From positions 37,138,001 through 37,202,000 of the forward strand of contig OZ024757.1 of the NCBI GenBank assembly GCA_964016885.1: a stretch of 64,000 nt of DNA. The letters run 5' to 3'. Source of the stretch: Eledone cirrhosa. Lineage: Eukaryota. Below the pieces are notes generated by a model. The model was not told the DNA's origin and did not search any database. It worked only from the letters and a program-made list of their open reading frames with translations. The position numbers and the translations under genes were made by a program. Shown piece after piece: positions 43,361-55,870 of the stretch (its first letter is position 1; every line of letters starts with the position of its first letter).

Positions 43361-43740
43361 TAATAAATGAAGCCAAATTTTAAATATTTGACTTATTTAT
43401 TTTATTTTATATATATATATAAACAAGTTAAAAGCAAATAAGCTAATGAAGAGGAGAGAAAGGTGATTAGTTATGCAGATTAATATATATATATATATAT
43501 AAGTATTGGTTTTCTGAAATAGTGATGTATACATAAATGTATAGTATATTTGGCAATATACTGTATGTTTAATTAAAAAGATTTAGATGACCATACGCTA
43601 TTAGTAGTGATTATGTCGAGAATAAGTAAGTGACATACTTTTTTAAAACTCATAGCGTATGGTCTTCTAAATGTTTTTAATTAAATATACAGTATATTGC
43701 CAAATATACTATACATACATTCATATATATATATATATAT

Positions 43741-43930
43741 AGGAAAAAGTATGACCCCGACGGCAGAGCTCAAGCCGTTTCGATGGCTATTTGCAGAAAT
43801 AGCCGTCGAAACGGCTAGTGCTCTGCCGTCGGGGTCATACTTTTTCCTATTTCCCACTCTACTACCCTAAGTATTGAGTACTCTGATGCGTTATGGTCCA
43901 TATGGTTCCTTACCACAATTCGATTGTTAT
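43741..43930 (+). mobile_element. Family B fold-back element in (TA)n; other copies at ~1-75, 838-995(-), 28730-28925, 57728-57910, tail only at 50832-50908
   Basis: ~55-bp inverted arms containing CGAA-ACGGC...GCCGT-C (hammerhead 3' half); tail actctactacc..gtattgagtact...gttata. Confidence 0.75.
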
Positions 43931-44079
43931 ATATATATATATATGTTTATCCCAGGTTCAATCGGGCATAACCACAATAAGTAAAGTACTCAATACATAG
44001 CAGAGAATAAATATTTAATATAGAAATAGCTTCTACAGGACTAGAACTGTTTCATCCGTGAGAGAAGCCATTTATATAT

Positions 44080-44124
<45 letters not shown>

Positions 44125-44126
<2 letters not shown>

Positions 44127-44545
44127 TAGATATTAGAATTGGTGCTCTGAAATAGTGATGTATACATGAATGTATATATATTATATTTGGCAATATACCG
44201 TATGTTTATGCCAAATATACTATACATACATTCATGTATACATTGATATTTCAGAGCACCAATTCTAATACCTAATTTTTGCTGGACCGACAACCGCTCT
44301 GTATAATCAGCTCCTGATTATTACTGGAATTATATAAAAATCCAGCTTCTGCAATTTTCGGTGAAAGCAGGGGAGTAGTGGTTCTGATGAACACCAACTA
44401 GTGTGAAACAGACTGTCAGCTTCTCTCCTTTCTTTTGCTGAAAAGAAGTAAGTTATTACTTTAATAACGTATGGTCTTCTAAATGTTTCTAATTAAACAT
44501 ACAGTATATCGCCAAATATACTATACATACATTTATATATACATT
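44125..44545 (+). mobile_element. Retrozyme/pLTR-like element: inverted 5' segment plus a ~300-nt terminally redundant monomer with hammerhead
   Basis: gccaaatatactatacatacatt occurs at 44210 and 44511; 44125-44195 is inverted relative to 44210-44270; related fold-back at 43501-43730. Confidence 0.7.
44363..44432 (+). ncRNA. Type I hammerhead ribozyme (retrozyme-like element)
   Basis: GGTT-CTGATGA-ACAC(CAACTA)GTGT-GAA-ACAG(A)CTGT-C-AGCT with distal stem I pairing GAAAG..GGGGAG / CTCTCCTTTC; GUC cut after 44417. Confidence 0.85.
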
Positions 44546-45139
44546 AATTCTTATTTTAAGGGTGGTGGATTGGCAGTATCGGTAGAGGGTCGGACGCCAT
44601 GCTTTCCAGCACAGTTACGTCCCTTTACGATCTGAGTTCACATCCCGCCGAGGTTGACTTTGCCTTTCATCCTTACGGGGGTCGATAAAATAAAGTACCA
44701 GTAATGCACTGAGTAATTGCTGGCCTTGTGCCTAAAGTAGAAACAATTAATTTTTATTTTAAGCAATATTTAAATAGTTTCAACTATATATATGATTATT
44801 ATTATTTTTTTAATTTTAAACTATCTTTAAATAGTTTTAATTATATATATAACCCTTTAGACATTACATTAATATATTTATGCGTGTGTGTTATATCAGA
44901 TCAATTTACCGGTCAAAGAGAAATAAATCTTTAACCAAACAAAAGTAATATATATATTTTCATATTTTTATTTCTATATTAAAACATTTTATGTATTTCC
45001 TTCGCTACTGTTCGTCACAAATAAAACTCTAGTACAAGCCTTGCGAACCCAAGGAGCTAAGGCTCGTTAAATAATGTTGAAACTTGTTGAACGATCGCAA
45101 AGTGATGTTATTTATTGACTCAAATATGTTAGTGCGCTC

Positions 45140-45189
<50 letters not shown>

Positions 45190-45245
45190 CAGAGAGAGAG
45201 AGAGAGAAAGTTGGCTAGACAGAGGACAGAGAGCGTAAATGTAAA

Positions 45246-45279
<34 letters not shown>

Positions 45280-48200
45280 GAAGTGGAATTTAGAGAGGGC
45301 TAAAAAGATTAAAAGAGAGATAGAGAGAGGGAAGACGCTAACAAGTGGGGGACAGAAAGAGTACACGTATTAAGGGAAGTAGCAAAAAAAGGTGAGAGCA
45401 ACTGTCACGCACGCGCTTACTTACGCTAAACAAACATACGCACATCCAAACATCCACAGGCAGAAACAGACATGCGCACGCATACGTCACACGTGCTCAC
45501 AAACATATCTACACACACAAACATATACTCTACCCCACCACATACATACACACATATCCTGTTCCATAAACATACATACATTCTCTCTCTCCACATACAC
45601 CCACGCACAAACATACACACATATGCGGCCATATAAACATACATACGAAACACACACAACACACATACACACACACACACTTGTAACTATCGTCTGCTGA
45701 GTAAAACACGAATACTTCTACCGGATGTTTACGAAGTTTGCGTTTTTATTTTACATTTACTTCGCTATTTTTCATTATTAATGTTTTATTATAAAGTTGT
45801 GAATGTAATTATGGCGAATAAATTGATGTTTCATAGTCAGGTTTTATTCATTTATTTATTTTGTTCTTTATATTTTTACATGGTAGAGTCCCCAAGTAGG
45901 AACTTGGTCTCCTTCTGTCGCAATGACAAGGGCAGATAATACTTGCAGGACATCTTCAGTATGTTTACTGACTTAATTCCCTTTGACTGTAAAATTCATC
46001 TGATTTGCACACCCGCAATTTTATTCCAGTGACCAGAGTAACAGTACCATTAATAATGATAGCCATAATATTGAATGTATTTAATTTTTTGAGTTCAGGT
46101 TTGGTAGACCGTATTTACTAGGATTGCTGGATATGGGAGCATCTATATAAATTCGGAAATTTGCATTTGATAAATTAATGGCTTGCATAAGAGAAACCCT
46201 ATAGCTTATGTTGATTACTAACATTTACAAGGGATTATAGATAAAAATGATATTTTAATTATTTATTTTTAGGATATTATTACATAAATTTATTAATCAA
46301 TGTAAAGTGCAAGTACATGTGTGTGTGTGTTCATATACACACATATAATTAACACACATCTTGTAGATGTCCCCCCTTCATACACACGCATACATGTATT
46401 TCATGACTCGTACACTGTTCATTTTCCTGACATTTGTACATTATTCTATGTACTATACATGCACCTTTGATGAGTTGTAGTGCACCTGAGCACTGTACAC
46501 AATAATTTCATTATTATTATTATTATTATTATTATATTGAACAGTATCTAAGAAAAACATAACATACTATTAAAGGGAACAGAAAAAGAAAAAAAAAAAT
46601 GGAAAGAAGGATCAAGCAATGAAAGAAAGGGAGAGGGGGAGGGACAGTCACTACACCCCAGACTGAGCCTACCTCAGGTGCGTCCCATGGATAAAATGGG
46701 AAAAGCATTACTGCGGATAATGGCCAGAGTCAGCCGCTGCATTAGCTTCCTGAGATTTTCCAACACTGCACTTGATGTCCCCCCTCTCTTCCATACACAC
46801 GCACACATGTATTTCATGACTCATACACTGTTCATTTTCTTGACATTTGAACATTATTCTATGTGCTATTCATGCACCTTTGATGAGTTGTAGTGCACCT
46901 GAGCACTGTACACAATAATTTCATTACTATTATTATTATGAGAGCAGCGGTGGGTTGGCAGTATTGGTAGAGAGTCGGACGCCATACTTTGACGCATAGA
47001 GTTATGGCCTTTTCCATACATTGCCATTCTGAGTTCAAATCCCGCCGAGGTTGACTTTGCTTTTCATCCTTACGGGGTCGATAAAATAAAGTACCAGTAA
47101 TGCACTGGGTATTTGCTGGCCTTGTGCCAAAAGTAGAAACAATTATTATTATGGCAATTTAGGTAGCTATAAAGCTACAGACATTAATATTATTTCATAG
47201 GGACTTTAATATATGTGAAGCTTTTCTTTTACTTTATTTTATCTGATGGTTTGGATTTCATTTTTTCTTTTCGAGCTCATGGTAAATTCACAGTGTACGA
47301 GTCATATTATTATATTATTATCATATTGAGCACCCTCATCAAGCGGGCACCCATCTTTCCGATGGAGGTAGAGCATAGGAAATCAGCAGTGCAGAGGATG
47401 CCAGAGGTCTTGACAGAGACCGGTGTAAAAGAGGAAGTGTTCCGTCAATTACATTATTTACCCAATTGTAAATTCTCTTCATCATCATCATCATCATCAT
47501 CACCGTTTTACGTCCATTCTTCCATGCTAGCAGAGGTTAGACGTGTTGTCTTATTGTGGGCAATGTCAGGTCGAGTGACCATGTCTTGTTCATATGGGAA
47601 CTGATTCTGGCTTGATTTCTACAGCTGGATGCCCTTCCTATCACCAACCTCATTTACAGTGAGTACTGAGTGCTTTTGCTACCATGGCGCCTACACGACC
47701 ACTTTACAGTGTGGATTGGGTGCTTTTTGTTGTGACACCTCCACGACCACCTTGCAGTGGGAGGGGTTGGGGGATATTGTCTATATGCTTCAGCTTTGGC
47801 TTAATATAACTATTAATTTTAGAAAAATGTTTTAATGGTAGTGTGTGTAGATATCTAGCTTAGCGAATGTTTATAAGCATGTGTGCATCTAAGTGTGCAT
47901 CTAAGTGTGCATCTGAATATATATCTGCCTTGTAAACTTCTTTTCTTCTTCTTCTTTGCCCAATTATTCCTGAGAGGGTCGTGGGGGTAAAGTCCTCAAA
48001 CACTCTCTCCAGCGGGTTCTGTCAGCAGCACCCATCTCTAACTGATCCTGGGAGGCGTGGGATAGATGCACAAAGGTTGCATATCCTGAGACCCCAAAGA
48101 GGGCCCGGAAGGGAGCCTGGTAAACTTGATATATATATTTAAAGGTTAAACAAGGTTCAATGAATAAATCAAAGAATGAGTTTTACAATATATATATATA

Positions 48201-49019
48201 TATTTGTCACTACAACATCCAATGTTGCTTTTTCATACCCCCTCCACCACCAATACCACCACCACTACAACCACCACCAACACCATCATCACCACCACTA
48301 TCACCCTCACCACCACTATCATCACCCCCCCCCCCCCACCACTATCAGAACTTCTCCGAGTTATTTCAAGACTGCTATTCTGTCGTGTCTTTGTACTTAC
48401 TGCACCAGTAACGCTGGTCTGTGACAGTTGACAGTGAAATCTGTGACAACTTAGTTATTATTACACCACACTGCTGTTACTGCACTAATAAGGTGCAACT
48501 GTTTCTATTTAGATATCTGCATTCATTTACCTGCCTCCGGGTACAATCTAAACCCATTTCTAAAACAGCTTAATATATTTATTTCAGTCTGGAAAGTTAC
48601 CTCGGCCGCACCCCATGAGGAGCCTTCTATGTGGTTGTATAACCTGCAAGAAATAGCAGCCAAACTCTCCCTCAAATCCCTGATTCTATGATATTATTAC
48701 CCTCCGAGTTTAGCGTTGCCTTTTATCCTTACGGGGTCGATAAAATAAAACACCGGTAATGCACTGGGGTCCGATTTAATTGACTTTCTCCCTCCCCTAA
48801 AAATCGGCAGTATCTGTAGAACGTCGGACAGCATGCTGTACAGCCATTTACGAATTGAGTTCAAATTCTGCTGAGGTTAGCTTTGCCTTTCATCCTTACG
48901 GGGTCGGTAAAATAAAGTACCAGTAATGCACCGAGGTCGATTTAATCGGCTTCACCCTCTCTTAAATTGCTGGCCTTGTGCCTAAATCAGAAACCATTAT
49001 TACTATTAGTACTATTATT

Positions 49020-49130
49020 ATATCGTACGGCCTTCCATAGTTGTCAAGCGAAGAAGTGTCCTGTGCGCCTGCGCAATTAATTCAACTTGTTTCCCCCAAA
49101 CAGGAAGATCGACTTGAATAGCTTGGAACG
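49020..49130 (+). promoter_or_regulatory. Putative ZDHHC promoter
   Basis: Unique CpG-retaining patch with NRF1-type TGCGCCTGCGCA (49064-49075) and ETS-type CAGGAAG (49101-49107), about 1.2 kb upstream of the ATG. Confidence 0.5.
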
Positions 49131-50049
49131 GTGATGTAATGTTTATGCAGAGTTTGTTGTCACCAAACCCTGAGACCTTTCTACTACAGAAACTGGTGAA
49201 GAAGAAAACAAAAACAGGGATCAGATTATTTCCAGGAAAGGAAGGAAGAAGGAAGAAGAGAAGAGAGAAAGGAGGAAGAATCGAAGAAGAGGAAAACGAA
49301 GAAGAGATCTGGATTAAGAAAAGATGAAAAGATACTAGGAGAGAATAATATATATACATATACATACATCTATATATATATATATATAGCAACAACCCCG
49401 ATGTCTTCTGTGACAGGTTCTCTCTTCGATGTTACAATTAAATGATCACTAGATTCAATATATAACTAGACGTATAGATACATGTGTATATACATATCTA
49501 TCTAAGGATACAAACACCATCGATAGGAAACTACGGAAGGGAATCGAAAGCTCTGTTGCTTGAAACAATGCAAAAGAATAAAGAAAAAAAGTTGAAATAT
49601 TACTAATAATCTTAATAGAAAGAATAATACCGAAAGGAACAACAACAGACACACACACCCAATTTTCCCCCACCCACCCACGGGATAGTGTTGCTTTCTG
49701 TCCCAGACAGCAAATGTCTTTCGATTTCTTACATATAGATATATAATTATATATATACATACACGCACCTGTATATATATAATTTATACACACACACAAG
49801 TTAATTCACACTCACACACGCATATATATCTATATATATAATATATTTTAATTGTAGATAGAATTTTAAAAAATATTTAAATTTAAATAAAAAAAAACAA
49901 TGTAAAATTAATGGTTTCCTGACTTTTAATAAGTCAAATTATTTCTTTTTAGATTTAAAGACAAAAACTCTACTAGGTGACCCTCCCTTCTGAAATACCA
50001 CACGAGGAGGTTGCACAACATATATATATATACATATTCATTTATATAT

Positions 50050-50118
<69 letters not shown>

Positions 50119-50257
50119 TTACGACTGAGAGAGAGCAAAGAGATATATATATATAAATATATTTAAAAAAAAACAAAAGGAAGGGATAAAATCGAAAACC
50201 ACACACAGACACAGACGTAATTATTATAATTAATAAAGTGTTCTAATTATATATTTG

Positions 50258-50559
50258 ATGCCTGAAGACGAAGGTGAGAACGGTCCCGGGCTGGTAGTTG
50301 TTGTTGGAGAAGAAGGTGGACCTTTAGGGGTAATGAAAGATCACTCATATACTGCTGTTTCTACGGAGTCTCCAACTAAACTGTCCGAACAGGATATACC
50401 CGGCAGCAAAATGCCAAAGAAAGTCCGCAAATGGGAGATTTTTCCGGGAAAGAATAAATTCTGTTGTGACGGCCGGATAATGATGGCGAAACATACTGGA
50501 ATTTTTTACTTTACTTGTACCTTAATAATTGTTACGAGCGGCTTGTTCTTTTGCTTCGA
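50258..50559 (+). CDS. ZDHHC14: First coding exon of a DHHC palmitoyltransferase, ZDHHC9/14/18 (approximated-like) family
   Basis: [44 protein letters not shown] matches the family N-terminus and TM1; ATG at 50258, donor TTCGA|gtaagt (phase 2); no later exons seen in the window. Confidence 0.93.
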
Positions 50560-51069
50560 GTAAGTATTAAATATTATTGCTATTATATAGTTAATATTTA
50601 ATTTATTATCATTATTATCATTCAGAAATCTTTCGATTTATTCACAAGTTATTTTAAATCATGATATGTTTATTATTCCTGTGTGTCTCTTGATGTGTAG
50701 GGGGTCTTTTTATTTTAGTGTGTGTCTTTTCAGAAGTAATATAATATAATATATATATATATATATATATATTTACAGATTGAAAATATATACACAAATC
50801 ATAAATAATATATATATATATTTATTATAAAGAGTCTCTGCTACCCCAAGTATCGGGTACTCTGTTGAGTAATGGTCTAACCAGTTTCAAACTAAATCCA
50901 TCCTGGTATACACACACACACACACACAATTTACAATAGTTAATTACATCAATATTTCACATAAAAATATATAGAATCAAAACGAAGGGAAATATTTATT
51001 CAACAGTGTTGATATATATATATATGAAGTCATTCTTTTCCTGTGTATATATCTAAATATATATGTATG

Positions 51070-51128
<59 letters not shown>

Positions 51129-51153
51129 GTGTATATATCTAAATATATATGTA

Positions 51154-51192
<39 letters not shown>

Positions 51193-51540
51193 CATTTGTT
51201 GCTGGCTTCTTTCCTTCAGATCTTTATTTCTCTTAGTATTTCTATATTTTATTATCTCCATTCATTTATTAAACTAGCAAGTGTTACCCTTCAACTTAGT
51301 TATACCTTCCACAGAGTTGATCAATGCTTAGATAAAGTACCAGTAATGCACTGGGTTATTGCTGGCCTTGTGCCAACAGTAGAAACAATTATTTGATCTC
51401 TCTCGCTTTCCTTCTTCGTAAATCGCCAAGTGGATACATACATATATGTGTGTGTGTATGTGTATATATATATATATATATATATAGTCTACGATTATCT
51501 CTCTCTCCCTATATGTATATATATTTACTTTATATATACA

Positions 51541-51578
<38 letters not shown>

Positions 51579-51858
51579 GGTGACTCAGTGAAATAGACTA
51601 ACATCTCTACCTGATGTATTGAGTACCTTACATTAATTCTAGTTCACTTCCGTTCTTCAACGGAACTCCATACTACTACTACTCACACACACACAACACA
51701 TATATACATATATAAATGGATTGAGAGATATATGTGTATGTAATGTGATTGTGCATATATGTATAGTGGCGAGTAAATCTACACCCATTCTGTTCAATAT
51801 CATTCCATTGGGATTCAACAGATGTAATTAAAACTCTCTCTCTATATATATATATATA

Positions 51859-52041
51859 GAAATGGCTTCTACAAGACTAGAACTGTTTCATTCGGGAGAA
51901 ATCATCAGGGCTTCCTGATGATTTCTCCCGAATGAAACAGTTCTAGTACTGTAGAAGCCTTTCTATATTAAATATTTATACTCTGCTATGTATTGAGTAC
52001 CTTACTTGCTGTGGTTACCCCCGATTGGGCCCGGGATAAAC
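51859..52041 (+). mobile_element. Family A fold-back hammerhead element in (TA)n; other copies at ~14325-14525, 34128-34295, 36476-36606, 39530-39675, 43945-44085(-), 52457-52640(-)
   Basis: ~50-bp near-perfect inverted arms around GGCTTC, then tail tactctgctatgtattgagtacc...gggataaac; seven copies, nearly all abutting TA repeats. Confidence 0.8.
51909..51959 (+). ncRNA. Type I hammerhead ribozyme (family A)
   Basis: GGCTTC-CTGATGA-TTTC(TCCC)GAAT-GAA-ACAG(TTCTAGTA)CTGT-A-GAAGCC: 6-bp stem I, weak stem II, 4-bp stem III, GUA cleavage triplet (cut after 51953). Confidence 0.8.
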
Positions 52042-52380
52042 ACATATACACACACACACGCGCACACATATATATATATATATCCTTTTCTTTTTTCTTC
52101 TCATTCTCTCTATGTATCTATCTTTGCCCACCCCATCTCTTGTGTATCTATCTATCTTTACCCCCCTCTCTATATCCAAATACCTGCCCCCCCCTCTCAT
52201 ATACTGCTTCCAGAAGCTGTAGAAATTTTCCTTTCGTTTTTATTTACCTCAACATTGGAAATTGTAATGATCTCGTCTTATACATTTACAGTAAATCTCT
52301 CACCCATCTCTCTCTCTCTCTATATATATATAAATGAAAAGTATAGAAATTGTTGTAGCGAGAAGCTAACAGTATTCCAT

Positions 52381-52456
<76 letters not shown>

Positions 52457-52807
52457 TTTATCCCGGGTTCAATCGGGGGCAACCACAGCAAGTAAGGTAC
52501 TCAATACAAAGCAGAGTATAAATATTTAATATAGAAATGGCTTCTACAGGACTAGAACTGTTTCATTCGGAAGAAATCATCAGGGCTTCCTGATAATTTT
52601 TCCCGAATGAAACAGTTCTAGTCCTGTAGAAGCCATTTCTCTCTCTATATATATACGTATGATTGAAAATGATACATACATACATTAACGGAGGTGATCT
52701 ATATATAATCAATCATACATAGAAACCGTCAAACATAAACTGAACGAGTCTCCAATCAGTGGTACAGAAGAGACTCATTCTAGCCGATACTTCGAAGTTA
52801 CTGCTAC

Positions 52808-52840
<33 letters not shown>

Positions 52841-52919
52841 CTGTGTGTGTGTGTGTATAAAAGGCGTTGCCATAGCATTGCCATAGCTCGCAGGGGGTGG
52901 AGACGGAAGGTAGAAGTGT

Positions 52920-53345
52920 CAATATACATGAAATTGATGTATATGAAATATACAGAAAATTGATGTATATGAAATATACATGAAATTGATGTATATGAAA
53001 TATACATGAAATTGACGTATATGAAATATACATGAAATTGACGTATATGAAATATACAGAAAATTGACGTATATGAAATATACATGCAATTGATGTATAT
53101 GAAATATACATGAAATATACATGAAATTGACGTATATGAAATATACAGAAAATTGATGTATATGAAATATACAGAAAATTGATGTATATGAAATATACAG
53201 AAAATTGACGTATATGAAATATACAGGAAATTGACGTATATGAAATATACATGAAATTGATGTATATGAAATATACAGAAAATTGATGTATATGAAATAT
53301 ACAGGAAATTGACGTATATGAAATATACAAGAGAATGAAATATAC
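52920..53345. repeat. 26-bp minisatellite, about 16 copies
   Basis: atatacatgaaattgatgtatatgaa. Confidence 0.95.
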
Positions 53346-54318
53346 ATGAGGTATATATATATACATGAGGTCTATATGAAATAGAAATCATGTAGATATC
53401 TGTGAAATGTATATTTCTTGCTAGATTTATATAGAAGGGGTGTGTACACGTACGTATCTATATGTATCTATATACACATACCCGTATGTATATATGTATA
53501 TATATATATATGTGTGTATATGTGTATCCCTCATGTATAAATCTATCAATTATCAAGCAGTAGCCAGCTCTACTACATATGATGTCAGCTCGCTCATTTA
53601 TGGTTACAGCTACAAGTAGCTGTTGCCGACATAAATACACTTGCCTTTCTATCTATCTCTATCCCCTCTCTAACTACAGTTCCCTCTATCAGCACCCCTC
53701 TCTATACACCCCCCCCCTCTCTATCATTCTCTCACCCTCACATCTTCCCAGTAGTATTTACTCAGCATTTGACGAGGAACCCTTATTAAATAAATCAGGT
53801 TGCCTTACGCTTTGCAAAGATTACCATTACTACTACTACTACTACCACCATTACTACTACTACTACTACTACCACCACTACTACTACTACTACCATTACT
53901 ACTACTACTACCATTACTACTACTATTACTACCATTACTACTACTATTACTACCACTACTAGTGCCATTACTACTACTACTACCAACGCTACAACTACCA
54001 CCACCAACACTATTACTACTACTACTACTAATCTGTATATTTTATCGATTTCTAACTAATGTGTGCTTATCTTTTCCTTTCAATCTCCCTGAAAGACTAA
54101 GTCACTTCATTTCAGTTTTAATATTTCAATTCGACTTTGATTCTGGTTTACAGAAACACATATATACAGTGTTGTTGACCCCCCCCCCCCCTCTCTCTCT
54201 CTTGTGTGTGTATGTATGTATGTATATATATATATATATATATATTTAGGTTTGAAGGTTCACTACTGGATAGAGCTGGTCAATTCCGATTTACACAAGT
54301 CCAGCCTCCTGTTATTTT

Positions 54319-54368
<50 letters not shown>

Positions 54369-54639
54369 ATATACCATGTATATATACGTGGTATGCTTAT
54401 ATATACCATGTACATAGTATATGTATACATATTCCCTATGTAAGACACCACACGCACATAGGACTACTACTATTACCACCGCCACTACTACTACCGCCAC
54501 CACCACCACTGCTACTACTATTACTACCACCACCGCTACTACTACTACTATTACTACCACCATCACCACCACTACTACTACCACCACCACCACTACTACT
54601 ATTACTACCACCACTACTCCTCTCAAAGACAATGACACA

Positions 54640-55010
54640 CGACCGTGACTTCTGGCGTCACGCAGTAATACAGGGTACCCGACCTCCCATGGGTACATGC
54701 TGAAGCATATAAACAATATGATCCCCCCCCCCCCCCCACCGCAAGGTGGTCGTGGAGGTGCCACGGCAAAAAAGCACCCAGCCCACACTGTAAAGTGGAC
54801 GTGTAGGCGCCACGAAAAAGCACCCAGCACTCACTGTAAATGAGGTTGGTGTTAGGAAGGGCATCCAGCTGTAGAAATCAAGCCAGATCAGTTCCTGTAT
54901 GAGCAAGGCATGGTCAGCCGACCAGACACTGCCCACAACAGGACAACCCGTCTAACCCATGCTAGCGTGGAAGAACGGACGTAAAACGGTGATGATGATG
55001 ATGATGATGA
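54640..55010 (+). mobile_element. SINE with V-domain-like core and (GAT)n tail; copies at ~15952-16110, 22125-22375, 29155-29320(-), 37485-37680(-), 41215-41580, 42475-42700, 42790-43128(-), 47480-47800(-), 62840-63010
   Basis: Core ttggtgttaggaagggcatccagctgtagaaa; 3' end acccatgctagc..ggacgt..aacg(atg)n. Confidence 0.8.
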
Positions 55011-55329
55011 CTACTACTGTAGTGTATGTCAACTGAAACACATGTCCAAGCTAGGAACTACGTTAAAATAGAAAGATGAGAGGAACAATAGCTAAGTCGT
55101 TGACTGACAGATCCTGCCTCACAACCAACAACATGGCAACTGTTATGACAGTAACCTGACAACTGCAGTTAAATACGGGATATGACACATTTCTTCAGGA
55201 GTTTCTACTTCAGTTTTACTTCTGGGGAGTGTTGGTGACGTTCTCTATATGCAGGGTGTCTCCCCAAAAATGCATACACACTTTGATTAGGATGCTGTTG
55301 AAGTGTCTATACATTTTTTGGAGGAGATC

Positions 55330-55403
<74 letters not shown>

Positions 55404-55485
55404 GATGTCAACATGAATGGACCTGTTATTTTTATCTAAAGACATTTTTTCCAATTCCAAACCGCCTCTCCCCTCATTCATTCTT

Positions 55486-55521
55486 TCTTCTGATGAAGGA
55501 CTAGCGTCCGAAACGTTAAGA
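55486..55521 (+). ncRNA. Minimal Penelope-type hammerhead ribozyme
   Basis: TCTT-CTGATGA-A-GGAC(TAGC)GTCC-GAA-ACGT-T-AAGA; core-mutated siblings at 56317-56352 (+, CTGGTGA) and 37429-37465 (-, CAAAAC). Confidence 0.75.
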
Positions 55522-55639
55522 CCCTCTTCCTGCTATATCAAGCGTTAACCTAATATATCCCTTCCTATATCGATTGTGTTGTTATTTCTGGAAGATAGAC
55601 GTTAAAGGATGATGATGATGATGATGATGATATATATAT

Positions 55640-55870
55640 TGTGAAAAGGATGGCCAATTGAACTGGGGTTTCGAGACTAGAAGTAGATGGAGACCCAACG
55701 GTAGACCCCGGGCAAGATGGTTGGATAACATCCATGAGCTTGGCTGGTCTCGCTTGGGGATCCAGCCGGATCAGTTGGAGGCGGTTGCTTCTGTCAGGAC
55801 CAGCTGGAAGGTGTGTTTAAGGAGTCTGCACCCATGACCTTCTCAGGAACAAGTTGGAGAAGAAGAAGAT
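55640..55870 (+). mobile_element. RTE-like LINE 3' end with (GAA)n tail; copies at 3095-3256(-) and 47935-48050(-)
   Basis: GRPRARWLDNIHELGWSRLGIQPDQLEAVAS..WKVCLRSLHP. Confidence 0.8.

Noticed and set aside
44560-44660. tRNA genes suggested by A/B boxes
   Set aside because: SINE heads that continue into a core and tail with TSDs; no cloverleaf
46880-46905. C/D-box-like TGATGA...CTGA or hammerhead-like start in the CR1-like tail
   Set aside because: Too short for a snoRNA, no GAAA or stems for a hammerhead, and part of a multicopy LINE 3' UTR
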